A stretch of 20,000 nt of DNA from Neolecta irregularis DAH-3. Its lineage: Eukaryota. Each line of letters opens with the position of its first letter. Position 1 is the first letter of the stretch. The stretch covers positions 51,728-71,727 of the forward strand of contig LXFE01000152.1 in NCBI GenBank assembly GCA_001929475.1, given 5' to 3'. The notes beneath the pieces are model-generated. The model saw only the letters and a list, made by a program, of their open reading frames with translations. It was not told the origin of the DNA and ran no database searches. Position numbers and translations under genes: made by a program. Positions 1-11,243 of this stretch are shown in pieces.

Positions 1-1
1 A

Positions 2-799
2 CCTAATCGGCATGAAACACCACAAACAAATCCTTCTGGAATTCAAAATAGCCACGTAGCTGCTCCTAATGAGAATTTGAACGTACTCATGCAAAACCAA
101 ACCCCGGTATCCTGCCAATCTCACTCACCTCAAAATGAAGGTTCTCAACGACTCATGTCAATTCTCACTGGAGGTCGGCCAGCTGAGCAAGACTATTTTC
201 AAGAAAATATTCGACCACAGATGCGGCCGACAGAGTTGGACGAGTATATTCATCCGCAATCATATTTGAGTCCTCCACTTCACAACGAAGGCACACCCAG
301 GAACGGTTTTTTTCATTCTCTTTTACAACCAAGAACCCCTTCAGGTTTTGCTACTGATGTATCTCGTGCTCAGGTTCACAATTACGAATCAGATCGCATC
401 CAACATACAGTTGAACGTTCCCTTGATCGTAGTCCGTTCCCTTCCCCAGGTTTTATGCCACCGCCTGGGTTGAGAGGCCCGGAGCCTTTTAATCGAACCC
501 ATTACAGCGACATAGGACCGGGCATGCACCCACCTGTCCGTTCAATTCATCCATCCTCACCGATGTCTCCTCCCCCTGGTCCTCTTATACAGTTTGGCAA
601 CTACCAGCAACCCTTGCCTCCCCAGTACCCGCCACATCAGTATATGATGCCTCCTCCACCCCAGTTCCGCGGAAATCACCCACATTACATGAACGGTCCC
701 CCTATCCACCCCCAAATCGGGAACCAAGTTTACAGACCTGGTCCTATCCCTCCCCCAGGACTTGAACAATATCCCCTTGGGATGCAAAATCGTCGTTGA
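2..799 (+). CDS. 3' part of a gene running off the left edge; encodes a low-complexity Pro/Gln/His-rich C-terminus of unknown function
   Basis: Frame is open from position 2 to TGA at 797-799 (265 sense codons). PPPG/PPP repeats and short hydrophobic motifs (QRLMSIL, FFHSLL). Followed by a T-rich 3'UTR-like stretch. Confidence 0.75.
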   Translation, partial: PNRHETPQTNPSGIQNSHVAAPNENLNVLMQNQTPVSCQSHSPQNEGSQRLMSILTGGRPAEQDYFQENIRPQMRPTELDEYIHPQSYLSPPLHNEGTPRNGFFHSLLQPRTPSGFATDVSRAQVHNYESDRIQHTVERSLDRSPFPSPGFMPPPGLRGPEPFNRTHYSDIGPGMHPPVRSIHPSSPMSPPPGPLIQFGNYQQPLPPQYPPHQYMMPPPPQFRGNHPHYMNGPPIHPQIGNQVYRPGPIPPPGLEQYPLGMQNRR

Positions 800-1064
800 A
801 GTCACACGAAAACGCCTAATGTCTAATCTTTTCTCAGTCTGCGAGAAACCTGGTGTTCTCGTTGATTCTGGCTTTGACTTTTCTGTTTTACTAGCAATAT
901 GGGGTTATCGGGTGGCATTTTTGCTCTTTTTCTACCTTTTCGAGTATCTTGTACATCTGGAATCTGGCTACTTGTTTTCCTCTTTCTTTTGTGTTCTGAA
1001 TACATTATACCCTCCTTTGCTACTTAATACTGTGTTCCGGAATCCATAATTTGAGCAACCCGCA

Positions 1065-4000
1065 CTACGCTAAGGGGAAAGGACCACTAAGCATAGCTCT
1101 CATACGAGCTAGCTCTGCACTATACTCTTGACGCAAGTCCTTCAGCGTCAATAATTTCCTTCGAATGTTGTCTATTGTTAACGTGCAATTAGTCAGGATC
1201 ATACTCTTTAACCCATGTGAAAATTTTGGTTTCTTGGCAGTATGAGATTCTGCTTCCACATGATTCGCAATGATCCAAGCATCGTCGTCCTTCAAACATG
1301 ACAAGGCACTTATCAGAGCCAAATATGACTCTGTAATCTCTAGCGAATTCATCATATAACCGTGGGTGCCTGTTGTTGAGTTTTGTAATTGTTTTATTCT
1401 TTGGTGCATGATCGAAGCAGCTTCTAATCAGAACATCGTCCAAATCTATGAATATACCTCCACGATAATTTGACTTCTTTACCCGCCAGGCATAGAGAAT
1501 TCTATGGTAATTCGGATGAGCATGTGTATCAATTACGGCTTCAGCTTTGTTTTGAAGGATTTCATCAACATCGTCTTGAAGACTGACAAATGGGTATTCG
1601 CAAAGCTGAATTGACCGATTATCTTCGCACATCCTGGCAACAAGTTTTCGGCCTGCTTCTATTTGCCTAAGAATCAGAAGACGTGAAAGTAACGCAGATC
1701 TACGAGTTTCTAGATTCGAAATGCCGAAGGCAAAGATACGCCTCATCATAGAGTCCGCAGCCAATTGCGCTTTTAAAGAGCTTGGTCCAAATATCACCGT
1801 CAAGAGAGAAAGCCTTTGAATTAACAAACACCTGGATTTAAGATCATGCCTTGGATTTCAGTAGACTAGACTCTAATGCCAGGTTGCAGGCGTTGATAAC
1901 GTTTTTATGCATTGCTTTTTGCTCGAATAGAGAAGCAACATGTAAAAAGAATTGCGAAAGACCTTTCCCAATGGTTGACACTTCCGCGTCTTCCAGAGCC
2001 TCTCTCGTCGCACGACCTTCATCTGAATTTAATTCTTCTTCAGCAGCTATCATTTAGATGGCAATTCTCCAACTAAACGTACCAAGACCAACACTAGCCT
2101 TTGAAAAAGACAGTTCCGCTTTGAGAGATTCGCCAAGCTCGAGAAATATTCGTCCTTTAACGTACATCCCCCAATGACTTTGGGGTAGCCATTCTAGAAA
2201 GCTATTCGCGTCTTCAATCCTTGTCTGTTGTCTCAAAATATTCAGGAGTTTCAAAGGGAATATCGAGGCATTCTGACTGATATCTAATTGGAGGAGGGTG
2301 GAGCTAATTAAAGAGGAAAAAGAAGTTCCATCCGAATTCGAAGTGAAAGAAGGATTCGTCAATAGATTTAAAATTTGGTGCATAAATGATCTCCCCGTTA
2401 TTTTTTTTGACGACTTCAATGTATCAAGCATGCGCATATTTTCAAGATGCTGTGATAAGATGTTATCGGTATTGATGCTCTCATGGGATATTCTTTGTAT
2501 CGCAGGCCGATAAAGACCAACTTCGGCAAGAAGGCTGTAAGCTTTGTAACTCTCCAGATATCTGGTAGAAAGTTTCTGGAGAACTTCTGGAGAATGCTCA
2601 ATACCGATTTCCGCGTTAGCGATATAGGCAATCAGTAGAATCACATCCAAGAGGGCATCTCGACGCGACAACCCAACTTCTACGACCCCAGCGCTAAGCA
2701 ATGAAAGTGAAGTGTGAGTGCAGATTGCTGTGCGAGAATCGACTTCGTCAGGATCCTCGACAATGCATACCAATAGTTCTTCCAACGCCTTTTCGAGGCT
2801 GAGAGCATTTAAGATTTCTCTAAGACTGTTATGGACAGATTCTGTAAGATGTTCGTAGAGGCATGAATCATATATCATCCAAAGACGATCCTCGATGGTA
2901 AATGTTGGGTTGCGGATGATTTCTTCGTGTAGTGCACATCGAATATCATCCAGAGCTTGCTTGGTAAGATTATGACGCAAATAATTGGCAGCTGTGGCGA
3001 CCCGACTGACATTTGACAACAACAATGGATCTTGGATTATGCGATATATGGGAGAAAATTCAGGAATTTTTAATTTTGCTATACTTTCCAGATTCGATAA
3101 AAGGTCATCGTTATTGAGGTTTAAAAGTTCTGCGCCCTGACATCCACGAATAACAGAAAGGCGACCAGCCTTGGCAATTAGAATCTGTCCACTTATTAGA
3201 TCGTGGTATATTGAATGAGGTTCGTGAGCCCGCCGATCTAGTTCAGAACATAGGCGGGAAAAGCGATGCCAGGCCACATTAACATCGGATCTGTACTTAT
3301 CAAATAGGATGCTTCCATTATCTGAGTCGATCTGTTGCTTCACAGATTGGGTGACTATTCTGCGAATCTCGTGCTCCAAAACTTTTTGCTCGGCACTAAA
3401 TGTAAATTTCGTGAGAGATTTAGCTTCATCAGGATTCTGACTTTGTTGATAGATTTGGAGAGCTGTCCGGAGAACAGATGACGGATATTGAGAGCCCGAA
3501 AAAATCTGAAAAATCCAAAACTCAGTCACATCTTCTGAGGTAGCAACCGATGGTCCACTCATGATTTTACTAGTGTTTGGACTGACAGCTGGAAATGCAG
3601 ATATCCAGTAGAATTTTCCAGGGCTTTTCAGTTTGATACTGGTGGTTTGAGTTATAGAACTGGTATTGCTTTTCCAGAGGATCCATAGATCTAGATTCTG
3701 TTCTGTCCGTGAATGGTGAGCAAGAGAGTGGCTTTGCATCCGAAGATCGCCAGACACAAGAAAGTCCATAACAATCCAAATGGAGTCGCTCGATGGAATA
3801 GATGCTTGAAGTCTCGAATCTGATCCTGCAAGAATATCTCGCAACTCAACCCCTTGTCCCGAAGGCCCACGATTGCCTTCCCATATCACAAACGAACCTT
3901 CGTCTTGAGGATTGAAAGTTACTATGTAAAAACGTGTGTCATGCGATTGTTGAGTTTCATGCAGAGCGATCAGGTTCCTTGGTGTTGAATCAATAAGGGG

Positions 4001-4918
4001 ACCGCGGCCGGAGCGATCGGCAGAGAGGTCGTATACTTTCAGTAGTTGATTCCTTGCCAGTGACCAGATTTTGAACTTCAAATCTACGGAAACAGAGAAT
4101 ATAAGTGACAACTTTTTCGAGATGAGTAGTGAAACTACGAGGTTGGAGGGATAATTTCTGCGAGAATTCCGATTTTCCTTTGGCGATCCGGACCATGGTA
4201 TTATGTGTTTTAACGAGGTAAGATAACTGCTGTCACTATAAATTGTCTCGAACCAGTCTTTCAAGTTAATATGATGCAAAAATAGTGACATACCGAATGA
4301 TTCATTTCTTTCAAGTTTCAATAATCCCCCATCTTGGAAGGCAAAGAGTACCGAGTTCGTGTCAACTACTTTCATGAATTGCGGCGGTCTGATTTCGAAA
4401 GAGGGAGGAAGAAATAGCGAACACCATCCTCTCCTATCCTTAATATCGCAGGAAACAAGTTCTGTGGATGTCAGATTTATCGAATAGAGCAAATTTGCTT
4501 CCGTTAAGACGTGAATAATCATTACATCTGAATCTTGGGTTTCGCAGAGACCGACAGAGCAAGGAACAATTTTCGCGGGAAATTGTATTCTAAGACTATT
4601 TCCATTTGGATCTTCAGACTGTAAGGTCAAATCGATTGCCGAGAGATGAAGTATTCGATGATCGAGAATCCTCCAAAGAACACTCCTCGGAGATCGCCCA
4701 AATGCTCTTGTGTGGATTGAGGCATCGTTTGCGATATTTTCCTTTGCGAATTGGATTTCTGGTTCTTGGGATTCGGCATCGCAACGAGTTCGCGCATCGT
4801 TATGGTGCTGTGGGACATGAGCCGTATGGGATTTTCCCAGAGGCAACAGTCGTTCTAAGGATACACAAGATTCGCGCAACCAGCTTGGGCTATGAGGGTT
4901 GGGTGGATTAGCGGTCAT
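1065..4918 (-). CDS. NUP120: Nucleoporin Nup120/Nup160 (Y-complex), ~1212 aa, 7 exons
   Basis: ATG at 4918. Inferred introns: 4258-4293, 2047-2082, 1814-1849 (GC-AG), 1667-1703, 1421-1457, 1172-1204. Spliced CDS is 3639 nt and in frame. Beta-propeller-like N-terminus (FSVSVDLKFKIWSL) and Nup160-type C-terminal segments (DIWTKLFK...YDEAY, LCEYPF, YHRILYAWRVKKSNYRGAASIM, LLTLKDLRQEY). Confidence 0.88.
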
Positions 4919-5095
4919 TATTACAATGTTGTTATAGACAAGCGAAAAGGATGTCGAGTCTAAATTAGAATCGTCCATTAACATTACAACACCAATTCTA
5001 GGACACAACTACACGCAATCCATACAAAGACACAAAAACGTATAAGACGCACCGAATAGCATACCCATTCATAAAAATATAAAAACAAATCATGT

Positions 5096-5104
5096 GTCAC
5101 GTGA
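5096..5104. promoter_or_regulatory. E-box/Cbf1-type site GTCACGTGA ~180 bp upstream of the NUP120 ATG
   Basis: Palindrome TCACGTGA at 5097-5104, in the 188-bp intergenic gap immediately past the neighbouring stop codon. Confidence 0.3.
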
Positions 5105-5106
5105 AT

Positions 5107-5839
5107 TTACGATAGAGCAGAAATAGCCTGCATTTCTCCTCCATCAATCGTAAATCCCGACTTTCGAATTCGCGACCGGACGCCAAATCTTGAGAGATAA
5201 TTAGACTTTTTGATGGGCTTAGCATCATGGTCCATGACCACCATTCCGTCTATTAGATCTTCGTCTCCAGGTTCTTCCACAAACGGAATAAAAGGTGTAA
5301 CTTTAGTTGACTTTCCACTGGAACCGCAGTTTCCATCCAGACTCATGCGAGGTGCGAGGTGCTCTCTGGTACATCCACCCAAATCGAATGAGCGGCGATA
5401 ACTGTCAAACGACTCTCGAGAAATAGAGGAGAAAGGCTCCTCAAAAAGAGAATCTGTTTTGCCTGTGCTTCTTGACCGATGACTCCAGAAGCTTGACGAT
5501 CTTTCTTGCGGAGAAGGCTATATATGTGAACTGTATGCACAAATAGGTAATACATACTGGAAGGTAGACTCCGCTATCGTTTATTACTAGGAGATCAGTC
5601 ATCTGATTTTTTTAGAAGGGAGGTTGTTGCATACCCGATAATTTGTACACATCATCGTCTTTTCTAGAAGGACTTGTAATGATATTGAACTTGCTACACT
5701 CCTTTATTATAACTATAGGTGTGACAGTGGCATGATGAGAAGAAACACTTGTCTCTTGGGTAGTGCTCTGACTTGAAGGTGGGAACGATGATTGAGAAAG
5801 AGGCAATTTTTTGAATGGGTTGCGGATGAAGGGAGCCAT
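5107..5839 (-). CDS. Conserved fungal hypothetical protein (~214 aa; alternative in-frame ATG at 5872), 3 exons including a 29-nt exon
   Basis: Introns 5587-5634 (GTATGC..CTGAT..TAG) and 5518-5557 (GTATGT..TAG) join MAPFIRNPFKK...YKLS-VINDSGVYLP-PSPQE...PFSSISRESFDSYRRSFDL...RMSLD. I recall these motifs from an uncharacterised ascomycete family. Confidence 0.75.
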
Positions 5840-6705
5840 ATTAGCGGTGGATGCTGGGAGGGACTGGGTCATATAACGGGAATCGGAGTTAGCAAATAGT
5901 GCGCCACGGAGCTTCGGAAGGGGTCAAAGGGGGCGGATTTTTTAGTTGTTTCAAGATTAGTTTCTGAGTAAAACTGCCCAGAAAAGTACCAGGGATTCGC
6001 TTCTATGCAGAACTGTAGCAACCGTTTATATATGGTGGCGAGGCGGATGCAAAATGTGTCAGGTTTCCGTCAAATGTCTGTTGTTGATTTATGGCTGATT
6101 CTTGCGACTGCACTATTATATGCCAAGAAATGATGATGACATGCTAGAATGACGCATCAATTATTTCGATATCAACCGCAAACGATTCAAACTACAACGA
6201 ATTGCAAGTTTATCTATCTAAGCGTGCGGAATAAAAACGAAGGAGGAAAATCCAATTGAACGCATGCGAAAAAGTGGCGGAACGCCTATTGATAACATCC
6301 TAACAATGGGACATGTAATCCGAAAATGATGTTAAATTTACTTTATATGAAATACACACCATGGAATCCGGTATATCCTATTCTGCTTATTCGGCATAAA
6401 GCAAATATAGTTGGAGAAAGTCATAAATATTTGTACCTTTCCCTTTCTTTGAGGGGGGATTCATTAGATATTTCACCATGAGAAGAAGAAGCGTGTACAT
6501 AATCTGATCGAGAACTTGCTGGAAACTTGATTTGAAAAAATGCCTTAAAGCTAACATAGGTGTGCAACTCAAAGGACGAATAGTAGTCCACCTCGGATGA
6601 AACAACCACCCGAGATAAACTACATATGCTAACTAGATTATATTCATAGCATCACAGGGACTTCTTTAAGAATAAAAGTCTTCGTTCCGTGAATAGTATG
6701 AGAAA

Positions 6706-6715
6706 CTGACGTCAG
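6706..6715. promoter_or_regulatory. Perfect CRE/ATF palindrome (C)TGACGTCA(G) ~75 bp upstream of the inhibitor gene
   Basis: 10-bp palindrome CTGACGTCAG. TGACGTCA is the canonical Atf1/Pcr1 (CREB-family) site. Confidence 0.4.
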
Positions 6716-6788
6716 CAAAATCATGCGGCCTTCCATGATAAAGAGCACCCAGGAGGCGGGGCGTGTGTCAACTCGTACGATTTACACC

Positions 6789-7085
6789 ATGTCTTCTTCC
6801 GATACCAAAAGAATCATCGCTGACTGGCAAGAGAAGCTGGTTGGAAAAGTTCTCAGTGAGGAGCATGGTCCTGATGTATCAATGTTCTATGCATCAATAT
6901 TTACTCTAACAGACATTTAAAAGAGCAGACCTTCCTTTGGATTTCCGAGTCTTGAAAGCTGGAGCTATGCATACCCAGGAGCATAACCCAGGCCGGTATG
7001 TCTGGCCAATTGACTTAATTAATCGCATAGAATGAATGTTTATTGTGACAAGAATATGAGAGTTAGTCGACTGGCTACTGGATAG
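6789..7085 (+). CDS. Small peptidase inhibitor, I78 / potato-inhibitor-I-like fold, 74 aa
   Basis: Exons 6789-6875, 6913-6995, 7031-7085. Introns are 37 nt (GTATCA..CTAAC AG) and 35 nt (GTATGT..TAG). Product MSSSDTKRIIADWQEKLVGKVLSEEHGPDTFKRADLPLDFRVLKAGAMHTQEHNPGRMNVYCDKNMRVSRLATG matches the fungal I78 pattern W..KLVGK...TF...DLP...RV..pG...T.d..P.R.NV........G-end. Confidence 0.8.
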
Positions 7086-7176
7086 ATCATCTGGTCGTCG
7101 GAATAAATCAACAAGAATAAGAGTGTCTATATGAGCGTCAGATGATTCCTCAGTTTTCTATATCTACAAATCTCTA

Positions 7177-9929
7177 TTATTCAGTATGATCATTATTGCA
7201 ATCATTTAATGCAATCCCGTTGCCGTTTGAAACTAGATGAAATGCATTTGCCATGGGCCATCGTTGTCCCGCTTTTACTTTATACGATGAAACTTGAGGA
7301 CTTGTCCATTTTTCAAGGATCGCGAGGCCGAGTTGAGCATCGTGTATTGTAGTCGAATCTAATTGAAGGATTTCAAATAGTATTTTTTCTGCGTTTGGCG
7401 AATTGATTACGGCGAGGGCTTCGGCGGCTGAGATGTCGTTAGTCACATAGAGCCTTTTTGCGTACTAGATAGTAAACCACGAGCACTCGACCGGCTCCTG
7501 TCTAATACTTGGTTTAAATATACATCAAGATCGACATCGGGGTCAATGAATGCTTTCAGTTGGGAGTTTAAAAGTTCTTTGACCGGGTCTGCAAGTTGGG
7601 CTTTTCGTACTAATAGTTCAGTAAAGAAATCAATTTCACAAAGTTCACTCTGTGTAAAGAATCGGGCGATTAGCGGGCATAGCCTAGGATCCGAGGAATC
7701 TATTGACGAAATACTTTGCAATGCTTTAGCTGATGCAATGTAATTACCTGGAAAAAGTCAGAAACATGAATTGTTCAATGTACGTTACCACTTCGAATAT
7801 AAACTTCAAAAGCACTCAACCAAGTTTCAATCTCCTTCGAACACAACTGCACCAGTGGCTTCAAAAATGCATCGACGACTTTAAGCGGTTCCGTCGTCTT
7901 CGCCAATTTCTCACCAAAAGGATCATCATCGCCCGGCAACACATATACATCATTCTTTTTCGCTGCAAATGATTTTTTAGCCTTTTTAATCGCTCGTTTC
8001 TTTTCCGATTCGTTTAGACGGATATTATCAATACCATGCGCAAATTCAGGGTTGTCGTACAACATACAATATATTTTCACGGCAGAATGCGCAGCCTTGA
8101 CAAAATTAGGATTCGAACGAAGTTGATCTTCCCATTTTAACATATCAATATATGTTCTAATGGTCCCTTTTCGTACTGCATATGCGTGAAAATCGAATTG
8201 ATCATCGGCCCATTCATCAAATATTTTTAAAATCGTGTGGAAGCGTTTTAATGCGAGACCCAATTTTCCTTGGCGGAGGTATGATTGTCCATCTTCAAGG
8301 ATAAACCAGAAAGCCTGCATTTCTGATAAATCGCCTACTGAGCCTCCTGGTGCATCTTTCTCGGTATGTTAATTACTTTAGAGAGATAGAAGGGTACCCT
8401 GGTGAAAGGTTTGGCAATTTCTGCGGCAAGAGTATTTTGATTGTCACGTAGATAATATTTTACACATTTCGTATTGACGAAACGATCTCGAAGATCTGAT
8501 TCTCGCGCTTCGTTCATGGTTTTAGCGGCGCCAGGGATATCGCCGACATGCTTTAGTATTCGAGCTTTAAACATTCTCAATTCGACTGTTTCTGGGGACA
8601 ACTGAATGGTAGTCTCGATATATTCCTGTGCCTTGTCAAAGTTGGCGATGTAATCGTGGTGCTGTGCAAGGTAATAATGCGCCCATAAAAGAGAATTATC
8701 CAAGGTGTCGAGGGAAGCGATGTACTCATTCACGACTTGGAAAGCAATCTCACGTTTAGATTTGTCTTGATATAGAGATTTGATATTGGCGAATATGGAT
8801 GGAATCCCCTTCTGAAAAGCGGCGATCAAGTAAGGTTTTAGCAAATCTCGGAATTCGTCGCCTGAATAAGAAGAGAAAAAGAAGGGGCGATACCATTGAG
8901 GTGGTCTAGAAACCTTCGCTTTGCAGCATCAGACTTTGGATAACGTTGTTGCAAGTCGTGGTATAATGTTTTTAGAGCAGCTTTGTTTACAAGGACGTTG
9001 TTGTCGTCGATTGCCTGTCGAACCTGTTCAAGGGCAACAAAGTATTCAATTTTATCACTATTCCTGTCCATGAGGACAAAATATGCCTTTTCTGCTTGTT
9101 GCCAATTTTTTAGGAGCAAAAGGTATTTTGCGTGCAATTCTGCGACGGTGAGTTTGTCGAGGACGTTTAATTCGATGGATTGCAGATGGGAGAGGGCGCG
9201 TTCGATGTCTCCGGACTGGTAGATGACCATGTTGTGATAGAGGAGAGCCTCTGAATTTTCCAAGTCCCATGGATTGACGCGCTAGAGAGTGGGTTTTGAA
9301 AAAAGAAAACAAGGAAGGGTACCTTCAAGGTAGCCTGGTACGAGGCGAGGGTTGATTCTGCAGCGGAGTAGTCGTTTGAGAGGTGTTGGGCGAGGGCGAG
9401 GGCTGACCAGTTTTGGCGTTGCTCTGGTCTTAACTGAATGATTTTTGAGCGAGATTCTGCGTAGTGGGCAAACATTCTGAGCTGGACCTGGAGCATTGCG
9501 AAGTCGCGGAGGATCTGGTGATTATCCCTGTCGAACTTGAGGGCGTTTGCATAGCACTTGAGAGCTTCGTCGTAGTTTTTGTCTGCTCGTTGGACGATGC
9601 CGTAGACGTGCCAGCAAATGTGACTTGTGAGATCGCACTTGAGGCCTCTGCGAATAAGATCGTAGCCTTCCTGCTTGCGGTCGGTGTTTGTGTAGAGGAG
9701 TCCTTTCATGGCAAGGGTGTCTGGGATTAGAAGGGACAATGTGAAAAGAGCGAGTACCGGGATGGTCTGGGAATCGTTTGAGGATCAGGTCTGCTGTCTT
9801 GATGCCTTTCTTGTACTGCTTCGTCTCATAGAGACGCTGGTGGTTAGTGCAGCAGCGGAGGACAAGTACAAGCAGGGCCTTGAACAGGGCGAGTTCCTTT
9901 GGTGCCAGTGCTGGCTTTGCGGGAGGCAT
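7177..9929 (-). CDS. NAT1: N-terminal acetyltransferase A auxiliary subunit (NAA15/Nat1), ~817 aa, 9 exons
   Basis: Motifs YETKQYKKGIKTADLIL, HPDTLAMKGL, SHICWHVYG, ILRDFAMLQVQLR, DLRDRFVNTKCVKY, DQFDFHAYAVRKGTIRTYIDML, DDDPFGEKL. Introns: 9837-9869, 9721-9757, 9282-9322, 8862-8893, 8360-8397, 7748-7788, 7610-7648, 7428-7465. Spliced CDS is 2454 nt. Confidence 0.95.
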
Positions 9930-10142
9930 GGGTGGTGGTGATGATACCAATGTGAGTACTGATACCAGGTTCCGTCTGCACTGATACTATCCAGGATTGG
10001 TATTCTCTACTTCAGTACGCTTCCGTATTCCCAGTACTGCTCGCTGTAGTCCGCCGCTACTCTTGATTGTTGTCCACCCGACTCTTGGTTGTTGTCCACA
10101 ACTCCACTGATACCACCGCACTTTACACACTCTACTCATATT
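9930..10142. promoter_or_regulatory. 213-bp divergent (bidirectional) promoter region between NAT1 and SEC13
   Basis: Head-to-head ATGs at 9929 (-) and 10143 (+). Contains 4x TGATAC and a 19-bp direct repeat. Confidence 0.65.
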
Positions 10143-11233
10143 ATGGTGCATCCACGCCTGTCGCTGCTGACTCCCAGGCTGCTGCTGCTGCTGCTGCTAA
10201 TACCACCGGGACTGTCGCCCAGACACTCGACACCCACCATGACGACATGATTGCACGTTCTCCTGCGGACCCCGCTGACTCCAGCACGATGCCGTTCTTG
10301 ACTACTACGGCAAGCGCCTCGCGACCTGCTCCTCAGACAAGACCATCAAGATTTTTTCCGTCGATGGGGCGACCCACAGACTCGTCGAGACGCTGCGAGG
10401 GTGCTTCTTGCGCCTTTTTTGACCGGCACACTAACTTTATCCAGCCACGACGGCCCCGTATGGCAGCTCGCATGGGCGCACCCCAAGTTTGGCACCATCC
10501 TCGCAAGCTCCAGCTACGACGGCCGTGTCCTCATCTGGCGCGAAAACAGTCCAAACAACTGGTCCCGCCTCATCGAACACACGCTCCACCAGGCAAGCGG
10601 TATTTCTCACCGTATCTCTCCGCTAACCCCAAAGTCAATTCAGTCGCCTGGGCCCCGCATGAACTCGGCGCCATTCTCGCCTGCGCCTCCTCGGACGGCA
10701 AGGTGTCTGTCCTCGAATTCAAAGATGACGGCACCTGGGACACTAGGACTTTTCCCGCCCACGCAATTGGCTGCAATGCCGCGACTTGGGCTCCCAGCAC
10801 TCTCCCTGCCTCCCTCATCACCGCAGGCTCCTCGCACTCTCCCGCCGTCAAGCGCATCGCTACCGCCGGATGCGACAATCTCATCAAAATATGGTCATAC
10901 AGCTCAGAATCAAACAATTGGATAGAAGAAACGGTCCTCGACGCGCATACAGACTGGGTCAGAGACCTCGCTTGGGCTCCAAATATCGGCCTCCCAAAAT
11001 CATATCTTGCATCCGCCAGCCAAGACAAAACAGTCCTCATCTGGACCCAGAGCGGCAACGCACCCTGGGAGAAACGCTCATTGCGAGCAGAAAAGTTTCC
11101 AGACGTCGTATGGAGAGTCAGCTGGAGCCTCTCCGGAAACGTCCTCGCCGTTAGCTGTGGAGATAACAAGGTCACCCTATGGAAGGAAAATCTTAAGGGC
11201 GAGTGGGATTGCGTGAGTGAGATTGATAGTTGA
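10143..11233 (+). CDS. SEC13: COPII/nucleoporin WD40 protein Sec13, 315 aa, 5 exons
   Basis: ATG-only first coding exon. Introns: 10146-10177, 10253-10284 (GC-AG), 10401-10444, 10600-10634. Spliced product has [96 protein letters not shown]. Confidence 0.97.
10178..10198 (+). repeat. (GCT)7 microsatellite encoding poly-Ala at the Sec13 N-terminus
   Basis: Seven perfect GCT units directly after the intron 1 acceptor. Confidence 0.9.
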
Positions 11234-11243
11234 TTTATGCTCT

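Noticed and set aside
1667..1849. Apparent frameshifts or pseudogenisation in the NUP120 3' region
   Set aside because: Resolved by a 36-nt GC-AG intron and a 37-nt GT-AG intron flanking a 110-nt exon with Nup160-like sequence.
4919..5008. N-terminal extension of the 984-aa ORF
   Set aside because: It starts at a non-ATG codon in UTR-like sequence. ATG 4918 fits better, though in-frame upstream ATGs are not strictly excluded.
5873..6700. Short ORFs (6387-6609), an 8-bp hairpin at ~6591-6613 and a box C-like ATGATGA near 6130
   Set aside because: No splice-consistent gene, no partner box D and no snRNA/tRNA hallmark; treated as a divergent promoter region.
10570..11175. 201-aa antisense ORF and other short overlapping or antisense ORFs in the track
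   Set aside because: These are shadows of real coding exons, favoured by high GC, with no recognisable motifs.
10067..11233. 388-aa ORF as the Sec13 protein
   Set aside because: Its first half reads through introns, partly in the wrong frame; the spliced 315-aa model restores the conserved motifs.
1065..11233. NUP120 and SEC13 (both Y-complex members) as a functional gene cluster
   Set aside because: They are separated by three unrelated genes with no shared motif seen; chance proximity is plausible without synteny data.
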